This document shows, one piece after another, positions 10,841 to 23,224 of a stretch of DNA of 64,000 nucleotides. The notes under the pieces were generated by a model. The model searched no databases. It was not told where the DNA came from and saw only the letters and a program-made list of their open reading frames with translations. The stretch is from Marsupella aquatica (lineage: Eukaryota; Plantae; Marchantiophyta): positions 1,115,968 through 1,179,967 of the forward strand of contig OZ316894.1 of the NCBI GenBank assembly GCA_973895155.1, given 5' to 3'. The position numbers were made by a program, and so were the translations under genes. How positions within the stretch are numbered: the stretch's first letter is position 1; each line of letters opens with the position of its first letter.

Positions 10841-13800
10841 GCCTGCAGAGCCTGTTGTGTAGCTACTTGCTCTATGAGTATGATTTTAACTACTGTTTGT
10901 TCTTAGGATCCTTCTGCTGACACTTACTAATTATGCCTTCAGCTATTGTGTAGCTGCTTCTTCTCGGCATGGGGTTCATTGGGATTCATCAGGACTAGTT
11001 TAATTTTCCGCGACTGAAGGACTAGTACTGAAGGACTTCAGCGAGCTACCTCAAACTGGTACTAAATGCAAAAGGTTCCAATTGCATGATAGAGAAAGAT
11101 GGAGCAAAACGACCTAAGTGAGCTCAACTCACAACTACTCAGCACTTAGCTAGATTAGTCATCCTGTATGACGAAGGTTGACAATTACCACTGTAAACCC
11201 ATTTCCCAGTGCAGGGCTTTTAGCTCTAAATGTTAAGGTGGGAAAACTGCGCCAAGAATGTATACAAACGCTTCGCGGCCGATCAAGATTTGCGCTACTT
11301 ACAGTCAAAACTGCTCCAGCAGCTCGAGATTTGCATTGAATTACTGAATGTTCTAACCAAGATTTGAAATTGAAATCAATCTGTAAGATTTACTCTTAAT
11401 TTGATAAAGTGCAATTTATGAAATAATATAAATTGAAAGTTTTTCAACGTGTGCTTGTCTATACGAATCTAAATATTTGTGGTCTAGAATTCAAGGCTTC
11501 CATCCTATTCATCATTTTTTCCCTCTTGCTATAACGTTTCTTTATTTCGCCTTTCTTAACCTCACTTTTGGTGCCCTTTTAAGGAAGGAATTGAAGGATT
11601 TGTGGAAGAATCGGACCAGCAACTTTCTGTTGGTGTGGTGCAGCGAATTTACTCTTCCACCGGAAGCGCGGAGAATTCCTCCGATTTGGTGAACAATCTC
11701 CAAGGGAAATCGGAGGATTCGTCTCACGTATTTCAGGCAAGGGCCGCTTACGTTTTAGTATTCTACTGGCTCATGTTTTAGTGTTCTACTGGCTCATTCC
11801 ACGAACGGCAGTAATCATTTATCTTGTAGCCTGATGGCAATTGGATACAATTTGTTTTACTATCGCTGGATTTCTTCGGGGAATTGGCTATTCGGATGGG
11901 TTTCAACTTTCAACCCAACTTGAGAACGGCGTCTATCCTGTTCCAATGAAAATACTTCCTGGTTCATATAGGTAATTATTTAAAGCGTAACTGTTACAAA
12001 ACATGAAGTGGTCACTTCCTGTTTTTCTTCTTTTTCAGTGTCATTTACCAGTTATATATATCCCAACGATCAATTGAAGATTTTCCAATTCCCATATGAA
12101 TCTGTATAAGAGTCGAACTGTTCTACAGCTCGGTAATTTTACAGCTTGCAACACTTTCACTTTTATCCAGAGTCATTGGAAACCAGGTAAATTGAAAGTT
12201 ACCATTTTTGTTAATCATATGAATCGAAGCACTTTCATGTTTACGTCCCTTTTCTAATCAGAACAAACAGAAACTCCACCATCAGCTGTTGCTCTCAAGT
12301 CTTTACTTCTTGCTCACAGATATTACAGATTAATGGTCGTGGTCAACCTCCTAGCGGATGTATATTTTACGAACCTGACTGTCTCAAAGTAGATGGCCAC
12401 TACGGCTGCTGTTGTACACACTGGTTGGAGAAAACTTGATGATAGTTGTAATCGTACGGCTTCTAATATGAAATTAGAATGTCTATGCTGCGTGATTATT
12501 TTGCTCCTACTGTAGGAATCTTTGAATGCAGTCAACAACCTCCAATTGAATGAAGCTCGACTTACATTAGGCTTCAGTCAGGGTCTGACTGCTGTTAGTT
12601 TCTGTATTTCAAAAAGTTGTGAGCCTTTTCATATTAAGTCGACATGGTGGAAACCTAGTCGAAGCAATCCCCTGCAAGGACATTACTAATGATTGACAGA
12701 TATATACCTCAAATGAGCATAGCTTGATTGGTAAGGTCTAACATTGACGAAGCTGCCCTTCTTCTGAGGGGCCTCGGTCCATGGGATCGAGGTAAAAGCT
12801 AAGAGCTGTCGGCATTTTCTGAAATTAATCTTGTGGACGAGACATGAAAACGTTTTTACTAGACGTGGTGTACAATTAATGTTAGTCGAGTAGATGTAGC
12901 AATGGCCTCTCAGATCGATGCCCAGAATCTGAGACATACAACGTTCGTTATTTCCCAGCTTCGATCATCCAGCTTCAGCTCGAGCTAAGTACTGTTCTAG
13001 CTATTTTCACAGTTTCAGTTTAATAACAGTAATAGAACTAGATACATATATTCCATATATATAGTCTCCCCTTTAGTCATTCAAGAGAGTCGCCTGTCTC
13101 CCAGAGAACGAAGAAAATCCGGGCCAGACAGAAGATTCTGGAGTGACATCGAACGCAATCGTCGACATCAACCTAGTAACAATTGTAAAATAGTTCTACC
13201 AAATGAATGTGTGTGGTCGTACTAAAAGTCGACACGACGGAAGTGTGCATGTCGTGAGAAGCGGAACACTAGTTTGCACACCTTGCGCCGCCCTTATCGA
13301 TCAAGGATTAGGAATCCCTTAAACAAGCAGGATGTTCGAGACTTGCTGTCTTCCCTTTCAAGCACAGCGAGATGCCCTGGAAAGCCGGGAATACACCCGC
13401 ATGCATTTGAACGCCCCAGGCAAACTTCCCGAAGGATTGTCTATTACGCGTACGCATGCAGGCCACATGAAGCTATGAATTGTGAATACGGACAGTCGCT
13501 ACAATGAAAGGAAACACGACGTTACCACCAAATTCTGCAATCCTGCACAGTAGACACAGACTGAAGTTCATAGATAATTGGGAATTAATATAAGACACGG
13601 TATGTTCCCTAGTAGGCCCTGGAGGACACCCAGAGACGCGAATCAAGTACATATATGGCCAGACATGCATTGTTCAATTAGACCTGCAAATTCGTGCTTC
13701 CTGCATTAAATAGCAGGACATTTCAGAAGGGAATTCATAATGTGGTCAGTCTGTCGTGGTGTCGATCGGGCTGGACGGTCAGTCGATGCTTCCTGCGCTT

Positions 13801-14071
13801 CCTGCGCTTTATGCCTTGATTGGTTATTGTGTTATCAGTTCTTTTCATTTTCCATGTCACAAATTAACAGGCTTTCTGCAGCAGACAAGTACAGTAGCCG
13901 TATTTGCAAATGACAGAGTCCAGATCGCTGTTCATGTGTTCCAAAAGAGGTCAACGTACGTTGCGCAAAGACACTCAAAGAGAAAGTATCCAAAAAGGCA
14001 AGAACATCTCGTGCTCCTAAACTCAAGCTCCAACAACGACATATTCCCCATTCATATAATTCTCCGGACAC

Positions 14072-14111
14072 TGAATTGAATTGAATTGAATTGAATTGAA
14101 TTGAATTGAAT
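14072..14111. repeat. (TGAAT)8 microsatellite
   Basis: Direct reading of the sequence. Confidence 0.95.
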
Positions 14112-14956
14112 TCTAAGGAAAGCACCGGTCGACTTAGATACGGCATATATTGAAGAGAACTCGTATGTACGTAAAGCTCAGGAAATTTAGTTATGTACTG
14201 AAATCTATAAGATTGGTATTTCGAAGGCAAGAAAAAACATCTGTGAAGTTACGCGTTCTGCTTTATTTGAAGCTATGCTGGAACATTCGTTTCTTAAGAG
14301 CAAAGAATGCCCACCAATCATACCGTACCTGGCATATTCGCAAGATTGGCGAGATCCATCCCTAGCGTGTAAGCTGCTGTTGTAATGATCATACGTACCA
14401 TGAAAGGTAGATTCACATATTGTGCATAAACGTACGTGGTTTCCTGTAGATTAGTGGACAAGGTCACAGGATTTGGGATTCAGAGATTCGACAAATTAAG
14501 TTTCTGGCAATCATCTGTACAAGTCATGTGGGTCTTGTTTAGCTGACCGATCCAAATTCGCTGTCTAGAGTCAGCCTTACAGGAAAGTTTGTGCGGAAAC
14601 TTTTCCATGGCATGACTGATCGAGGGAGTGAGGGTCCTCTTCCATGTGTATGACTATGGTTGACCGTTTATTGGTTTGGACTGTGCAGATCAGAACTGAG
14701 AGGACATCCGATCTGTTCTTTCCGTGTCATTAAGAATTGTTTAATTTTCTGGTGACAGCCTCACCGTAATCCTCCCGGAGTGATCGGCCACGCCTGATTG
14801 TCTATACTAACTGTATATATGTTAAACAACAGCAAACACCCGACAAACATCAGAAGTGGCCCTTGTCGCGCTTAGAGAGAAAAATGCATCAATTAACCCT
14901 GATCAGCCTTTTGCATCATAATATGAAGTAATAGGGTTACTGTCATTATTTAAACA

Positions 14957-15310
14957 AGCAATGCACGTCAGGGCAAACAAGCAGAAGAGTTACTTGTGTG
15001 AAAGTTTTCTGTTTGATGACGATTCTTAAGTTGTTTGGATCTGGAGCTTACCTGTCAACGAATCCGTAAGCAATGTACGTCAAGAAGCAAGCAGAAGAGT
15101 TGTGTGAAGGGCCTCTGTTTGGTGAAAATTCTAAAGTGGTTTGAATTGAGTTGTGTGAAAGGTTTCTGTTTGATGGCGTTAACTTCTTGAGTTGGTTTCG
15201 ATCTGGAGTTTACCTGTCAATGAAACTGTAAGCAATCTACGTCAAGAAGTAAGCAGAAGAGTTGTCTGAGAAGGCTTCTGTTTGGTGAAATTTCTTAAAT
15301 TGGTTTGAAG
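14957..15310. repeat. Degenerate higher-order tandem repeat (period about 162 bp)
   Basis: agcaat..acgtca...aagcagaagagtt occurs three times; gagttgt.tga.....tctgtttg.tga occurs four times. Confidence 0.75.
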
Positions 15311-17328
15311 TTTTTGTGTCGTTCATCAACAATGGTTTGCAGTACTTCCTGGACTGTTTATGATACTTTTGCTTCCCAGATAGACATGGCGTTTCTTATC
15401 ACGGTTCACTGTCTGATCGCACACACTTTCCCTTTTCCAGTCGATGTGTAATCTGCTTCTGATTCCTTTGCCATGAAAAGGAGCGTTGTGTGCGGATATA
15501 ACAGCACTACTCTGGATCATGCACCCAAGGTCCTCCCGAGGTTCCTCAGCTAGATAAATCCTGACATGCGACTACGCTAACCCCTAAAGTCATCTCCCAA
15601 GTTATTGCTCGGCAAATCTACCACAGAATTCTGCATGCGTTACTTTGATCTCGAAAAAGGATTGAACGTACCTTCGGGAAGGGCGTTCTACATGTGACCA
15701 TATTGAACGCCGTTTCTATACGTGAACACATATGAGAACCAGCGTATGTCTATGACGTTTTGTGGAGAAACGTTTTCTGTTGCAACAACGCAATCCCAGC
15801 AATTTGCCCAACAACACATTCAACAGTTTCCAACCCATCAAAGTGGTCGCGTATCCAACACAGAAGTGCTACAGTGGCATTCGGGATTTACATCCGCAGC
15901 AGCACAAATGATGCAGTCTTCCGCACTCACACTTCCGGCATGCCATGCCAGCAGGTTGGATGCAAGAAGTTCGGAGCTGATCATGCAGTGGAACGGAGTT
16001 TTCATGGAAAGTGCAATTATAGTTTGACCCAATCTGCCTGCTTTGCTGGGAAAGCGAGACTAAATAGACAGTCTACAGTCGATCTCACTCAATCTCTGAA
16101 GTCATGGATAAGCTATACCCTCAGGATCTACACACCAGTGCGAGTTCCTCCTCCTCTCGAAGGTTTTGTGGAGGATATCTATACGAGAAAGAAGCGGGTG
16201 TTCCGTAGGAGGACGTGGATGTATTTTAGAACAAACCTCTTGCAAGATGTACAGCATTTTTTTTCTCTTCTTTCCCATATTCCTGCCTAAATTGAATTGA
16301 GCAGAAGACGGTAAAGAACATCTGGAATGTTCTTGATATCCAAAATCTCCATCAACTGATCGATGTTTTCTTTTTCTCTCACAGGATGTGGATGCCCACC
16401 TGGCGTGATAGATCCAAACCAAGAATCTCAACTTTGTCATTATATTTACGTGCCCATTTTCCTTATTCCTTATTGATGAAGTATATTCTGTATGAAGATC
16501 ATCGTTTGATTAGAAACTTCCAGGATAATGATGAAGGTGAAAGCTAATTCACGTAAAGTGTATTTCTTGAGAATTTTCACAAAGTTTTCTGCTATGAGAC
16601 GTCTCATTCTTATCCGGACACTGTGTTCTGTAATTTGGATCGGAAAGGAACCAAAAGGTTACCCCCACAGTAAGCAACTTACTCGGAGCAGCACAATTAT
16701 AGGCGACTCTCAACAGTACAGTAGATTAATGGTTGCACTGTTTTCCGCCTTGGACGAGGGCATCCCGGCAAACATGTCGGTTACCGGTTAGCAGTCAGTC
16801 ATCTATCCCTCTCAATCTTGCAGCAGCTCATCATCATCACCACAAAGTGAAAGAAGAAGGGATAATAATCTACCGTCGTGTGCTCCCCATCGAAGTGAAA
16901 TCAGGCCAGGGGCCGTTCGATCTGAGTCGGAAAAGAAAATGGAAACCAAAGAATTCAGCTGAGCCGCAAGTGAGTATGTGCCATGCATGACTTGGCTGCT
17001 CCTATCCGTTCCCTTCGTTTCAGCTCCCTTTTAGTCAACAAGGGACCATACTGCGCACAGTACTCGCTGTAGTGCTGTACTAACAATCAATCAATGATGG
17101 TGCCGATGACGAATGAGGATGGATCTATCGATACAGATTAATAATGGTGAAATGATTCCGAATGATGATAGTAGGGACCCACGTGACGTTCCTCGAAAGC
17201 TCTTGGCGGAGTTGAACGATTCCTTCGCTCCTACTCTTTCTTTGTGTCCATCTCGATACTTCCGCACTGTGCTATTCTGCTCCGATGCCGTGTCTGCCTC
17301 CTGATGCGGTTGGAGCCCCCTTCCCAGC

Positions 17329-17437
17329 TGAACTGTGGTGAGCTTGGTTCTACAGTTGGCAACTTTCATATATGGTAGGACCCTTCCTGAACTGTGGTGA
17401 GCTTAGTTCTACAGTTGGCAACTTTCATATGGTAGGA
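17329..17437. repeat. 59-bp-period tandem duplication
   Basis: tgaactgtggtgagctt.gttctacagttggcaactttcatat..ggtagga x2. Confidence 0.9.
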
Positions 17438-19149
17438 GACAAGCTCTCATTGCCCAATCTAAGCACATTGACAACTCTTACCCCAGTGTAGTGTCTGCTG
17501 CCTGATTCACTTCATTGGCTTCAGTCTAGTTGAATGTAAGCAGTGCAGGCTCTCCGGTTTTGTTTTTGTTAAATTGTATAGACTAGCCTAACTGCCTGGG
17601 TTTTTAACATAACTAGAGGTGAGAACCCGGGTGAAAACATTCAAGCCCGTTGTGTCATAGATTTACATTCAATTGATTTCCAGTGACTCCTCACATGTCA
17701 CAGGTTTGCATTCAATTTATTTCGGTCCAGTGACTCCTCGCATGCTGCGCCATGTTGAGACTCACCCTGACCCAAATTCCCATTTTCCACCCACACCCCC
17801 AAAACCATTTACACAACCAGAGTCACGGTCTACAGTGGAGGCTTCACTCTATACAGTAGGTTCATATTGCTATTATATAGTTAGTTGCTAGAGTGAATTT
17901 TGTGAGGGAAATGCAAGCTAGGAAAATTCAGTGGACCAGTTTTGTTCACACTTGTCAATGAATTTAAATTAAGAGTGAAATTTGTAGTGAGTACAGTAGT
18001 TGGGTTCTAAGTTACAAATCTTAAGCCAACTACTCTATACAAGCCTCTATAAGTGCAGTCAGTCTCCAGTTGGCCTATCATCTGGTATATTATTGTAGTC
18101 TTAAAGTCCTGAGGGGAAATGTGGTTTGTAGATTTAAGATCAGAAGAAATTTCAGGAGAGATTAGAGTGTTCCATGATTGGTCAATCTGGGTGAGTCCAC
18201 CATTATTGTCACCCCAATGGTCACTTGAATTGAGAGTGAGTCAACATTCAAAACCTGCTCCCACCACTCATGTTTAACTGGAATATAGGCTCAAAGTGTA
18301 ACTTGTCAGAAGGCCTCCCAAAGATGATGCACCCTAAGTCACCATGAGTTCCAACCAAGACAACTTCCTTATTGAGAGAGTTGCTTCACACTGTTAAGTA
18401 GCTCTTTGTTAACTCATTCTCAGTTTGTGACTTAGCTGGGTGACAGGGATTTTACAACTAATCAATTTTTGGGCTTTTACTGGTCTTTCCATCCTCTATA
18501 TTTGTATGACTCTAACAAGGCAAAGAGCAGAAAGCACCTCCACAGCCTGGAAGAGGTCATGACTCCAAGCAATTTACATTCTCCATGTTTGGATTTGTCA
18601 AAATGAAAGCAAGCTCTCTGGCAGGCAGCCTTGGGACATTCATTGGAGAGAACTCCCTCCAAAGGAGACCTAAACATTACACATAGGTCCCATAGGTTGC
18701 ACCATTCACAACTTGGCAAACCAGCTTGTCAGTGGTGGACTGCAACCCGTCAGCATCCTCTCCTGCTGCTCAATGGCCATGTCATGCAATGGTCTTAATT
18801 CTGTCAAATTTCATTCATACTCATCCAGTTGATTTGTGTCATCCATCGTGTTAGCAAGGGTGGGAGGGTCCCATTGCACACACCCAAATTTGCAGTTCTG
18901 GCTTGTGGCAAGTGACTTCTAGTGGAGCTGGCTCTAGGGTTTTAATTTTGCAGGGTTTGGTGGGGATAGGAAAACTGGATTCCCAAGCCGATAATGCAAA
19001 AATCCCTTGCCAGACATTCCCGGCATCTGGCGGGAATGTTCGAAGAGTTTTCTTGCACAGAATAGTCTCTCTTCAATTTTATGGCCCTACCCTGAATGTG
19101 TTGCATCATATTATACACAGATAACTTTGAATATAACAAATTGACTCAC

Positions 19150-19750
19150 TTTTGACTTGGCCATTTAAGGTGCCTGGCCCCCTAGCACCATCAATTGTTC
19201 CCTCATGGCTTTTTCCCAACACTTTTGGGAGAATTGAGGGCAACAAAGCTAGGGTGAGGTACATGCAAGACAGCCCGAAGAGGTGTCTTGCATGTGTGCA
19301 CCCTTCAATTTCTGGCCCTGAACCAGTAGTATGGGAGCATATATAGTAGTGGAGACGTTGGTGCTTGCACCACTTCATGAGGCTGGCTATATATGCAGCC
19401 TAACAACTGCAAAGGCAAAGTATGCAAAGCTTCCAGCCCTTGACCTCCTGACTTCTCAGACAACTTAACAATAAATAAAACAAAAGTGTGCCCCTGCAAA
19501 CTGCATACACAAAAATGACATTCAAAGCTGTCAGTAAGTATTGTCTTGCCCAGTACGTTGACACGTAGATTGCTAGGAGAAAGATGTTGCATCCCATGGC
19601 AATAAACATTTGCCCAGGAGTAAGGGAACTTTTAAGAGCCGCAAATTATAGGATGATATACTTGCAAGACAACTTTCTTGTATGTAACTACCTTTTCTTT
19701 TGCAGTCCTAAACTAAATGCTTGGCATCATATTATACATTGAGTGTCTCC
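19150..19750 (+). mobile_element. Possible highly degraded hAT transposase remnant
   Basis: Fragments WEHI..RRW and APLHEAGY near 19340-19395 resemble the hAT W..I..RW and PLHAAGYFLNP motifs. No intact ORF; boundaries are approximate. Confidence 0.35.
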
Positions 19751-21016
19751 AGCCTGCCTGACTACCCTCAGTAGGCAGGCTTTACAGCAATTAAAGTGGA
19801 GATTTAAGGGCAAAGGCAGGAAACACTTGGGCCCTTGCACTCCCAACCTTTGAGAAACCAACAAAACATGATGGAGTGCACATTCAGCTCTTTAAGTTTG
19901 ATTTCAATGTTCACTTGGATTGCTGTACTGTGTGGGCTAGGAGGTGGTGTTGGTTACTGAGTAATTAGTTGAAGATGATTAGTTGAAGATGATTTGGGCT
20001 ATGTTTTCTCAACTCTGAGCTAACCCTTAGCACGATCATTAGATTATGAGATCCTAGCTACTCCCAATCCATCTCAACTTGTTTTCCCCAACAGTGATGG
20101 GAGTTAAAGGCCCAAAAATTATAGGGCCATGTACTCTTAGAGTGACAAGTTCTGAGTCCACTAACTGCAGTTAGATGGAGTGAAGGATGCCTGACCGCAC
20201 AACAAGTTGGGCAAGAGATAGTAAGCACTGTAGCTAGTCAGCTTTTTTTAGTGGTGACTTTTTGCTACTTTCCACCTCTGCAAAGAGTCTTCACCACTTT
20301 TGGTATAAATCACTATTTTTTTTTTATGTCCCATTTGCCAGTTTCCCACCTAGTCACAGACCCCATCAGCCAAAATCTAACTACCCTCCTTGAACCACAA
20401 CTGCCCCTTCAAGAGCGACGGTTATCGGTAGGGTTCACTAGAAAAAATTATTTTCCCTGAAATCCTGGAGCAAAGTGACAACTTTGAGGAAAGAAGTGAG
20501 CGGAATATGGAAAAAGTGAGAAGGGTGTTGGACACCCTTATATATGGGTACTTGTGATTTAAATCTAGGGAGATCTAACGGTCAGAAAACAATTTGGGAG
20601 TTTGAGATATAGAATTCTCCTAAGATCTTTTCCCACACACACCGGACATTCGCCACTCTGGCTCTAAGGAAAAACCACAAGATTACACTAGCTGTCAACA
20701 TTAGCCACTCTGGCTAATGAGGAAAAACCACAAGATTACATTAGGGCATCTCAAATACAATGAATTTTTGTGTGACCTTATCTGGGAGTGTTGCGGCCCG
20801 GGGCAGCGGGAATGACTGGTTAGCCACAAAATGTGAGGCCGGACCAGTCACGCCCAGGGACTCATGACCAAAACGGAGGGCTAACTATTACAAAGAGAGG
20901 ACCCAATTTCAGTGTGTTCATTGACTCACATTGCCATTTTCACACACTGCCGCGACCCCTCTCAAATCTGAGAGCCCATTCACTGCCCTAGACCACCATG
21001 AATGTGATCCCTTTGC

Positions 21017-21926
21017 AGGAGTAGAAGTAGTACTGGAGGCTAGACTGATAGTTCTTTCTATCGTGGATTCACTATTAAGTGCCCCATCGGCACCTGTTCA
21101 CTGGCCGGTCTTTTGGAGTTAGCCAATCCATCCGTAGTGGTTAAATTTCTTGTTTGGTTTCCTTTCTTTGGGGCCTACTTCTCTCCTGGTGCCGGCCTCT
21201 CCGGTCCTGTGGGCTCCCCAACCTTTGGTCCCCTCTGATGACCCCCTCTCGTGGGCCACCCTATTTGTATCCCTTTTTGTATGCCGGCTTTTTGGATGAA
21301 TTTCAATTGGTTTTTTAGAGGAAAAAGTATATATATCACTAGTACCGGGAAACACCCAATTTGGGAGGGCCCCAGTGCATAGAGGGAAGCCCATGAGGTG
21401 GGTTTTCTTTCAATATTTGAGACATTTGAGCGGGCATTTGAGACGCCTTAGTGTAGCTAGGGTATTGGGGTAGGAGTAGAAGTAGTACTACAGGCTAGAC
21501 TGATAGTTCTTTCGATCGTGGATTCACTATTAGGTGCACCTGTTCACTGGCTGGTCTTTTGGAGTTAGCCAATCCATCTGTAGTGGTTACATTTGTGGTT
21601 TGGCTTCTTTTCTTTGGGGCCTACTTCTCTCCTGGTGCCAGCCTCTTTGGTCCTGCATGTGGGCTCCCCAACCTTTGGTCCCCTTGATGACCCCCTCTCA
21701 TGGGCCACCCTCTTTGTATCCCTTTTTGTATGCTGACTTTTTGGATGAATTTCAATTTTTTTTTTTTTTGAGGAAAAAGTATATATATCACTGCTGGGAA
21801 ACACCCAATTTGGGAGGGCCCCACTGCATAGAGGGAAGCCCATGAGATGGGTTTTCTTTCAATATTTGATACATTGGAGACGCCTTAATGTAGCTAGGGT
21901 ATTGTGGTTGTCCTAGGGTATTGGGG
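21017..21926. repeat. About 455-bp tandem duplication (2 diverged copies), possibly a retroelement 3' tail
   Basis: aggagtagaagtagtact...gctagactgatagttcttt starts at 21017 and 21472. The units are colinear through ...gagacgcctta.tgtagctagggtatt. Confidence 0.9.
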
Positions 21927-22693
21927 TTTTCCTGGGCAAGCACCCAAAGAAAAGAGGGCGCAAGATTCTCTGAGGGGTCCGGTGCCGTGTACTGAAGCGG
22001 GGTTGCATTCTTCACAGGAGGATACCGTCCGTGTACGCGACACTCATCACATCGACACAACAATCGCAGCAGCAGTTGATTGCCCAATTCGCCATCATTC
22101 GGAACGTGGGTCTTGCCAAGCATCCCCGCAATTTAATAATCATTCCATGGCTGCCTGCGACTCCATCGCACCCCTCCTTGCTTGCTCGCTCCCTATTTAG
22201 CTTCGCCGCGGCCGTCGCTGGAGTCTACATTCCATCGATCCACATCCTCGGATCTCGCTGCGACGCGTTTTACGAACTTTTCTAGTCTATCATATGTTGC
22301 TAGAGAGCCGGGGACTGACGGAGATTCGGGACCCACGCGAGTTTCTGGGTGGGCGTTTGTTGGATTGTAGCTTGTTAGTGATTGGGTCGTTAGTTCGCAT
22401 CCCCGCGTTTGTAAAGTGTGTCGGGCGTTTGTTAAAGTTTGTCTGTTTGGTCGACATCAGTCTGTGTGCTGAGAGAGCAACAACAGCTTCGTTGTTGCTG
22501 CTAGCTCTCTGCTATTAGATCTACCGACATATAACGTGACTGTTGTCGTTGTTTTTTAGAAGAGTCGAGACTTTCCCTGAGATTGAAGTGTGAGGTGTGT
22601 CTTGAGTGGTGTGGAATTGAGCGCTCGATCGTTTTGGATCCGGGAGTAGTGTGCCCGGAGAAACGGGCTCTCCAACAAGGCCTGGGAGTGGAA

Positions 22694-23224
22694 ATGGATC
22701 CCACGAGGGGGCAAACTTTGAGCAGCGGAGGAGGATTCATTGACTCGTCCAAGGTCTTTAACGAGTTCTTCTTCAAGAGCGAGGCCGAGAAGCCAGCCTG
22801 GATGTCGGCTGCCACCGAGAAGTGCATGAACGGGAATACGTCCGACGACGAGGAGAACCTGCTGGATGATGCCTGCTCGAGGTACTTGTCGAGGACATTC
22901 AGCATTGACTCGTCGGGTTATTACTCCAGAACGTGCAGTCTGGAGTCCGAGGACGCATTTACTAACGATAATGAGCCTGAGACGGTGGTGGTGCTCCGGG
23001 TTGCCATGTGCTGTGGGAAATGCGAGAACAAGGCCAAGTCCTTGACGCAATTGGAAGGCGTGACATCGGTGGTGTGCGACAGGAAGACCGAAAAGGTCAC
23101 CGTGACCGGCACTGCACGGCCCAGAGACCTTCTCGAGGCGTGCAAGAAACTGTTCGAGCAGGCCAAGATGTGGAGCCCTGATGATTCTCTCAGCGATCTC
23201 AATTCTGCAGCACTTCAGTGGTAG
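22694..23224 (+). CDS. Heavy-metal-associated (HMA) domain plant protein, HPP type without C-terminal CaaX, 176 aa, single coding exon
   Basis: VVVLRVAMCCGKCENKAK...LEGVTSVVCDRKTEKVTVTG is an HMA fold with a CxxC metal site. Acidic/Ser-rich N-terminus. Confidence 0.85.
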   Translation: MDPTRGQTLSSGGGFIDSSKVFNEFFFKSEAEKPAWMSAATEKCMNGNTSDDEENLLDDACSRYLSRTFSIDSSGYYSRTCSLESEDAFTNDNEPETVVVLRVAMCCGKCENKAKSLTQLEGVTSVVCDRKTEKVTVTGTARPRDLLEACKKLFEQAKMWSPDDSLSDLNSAALQW

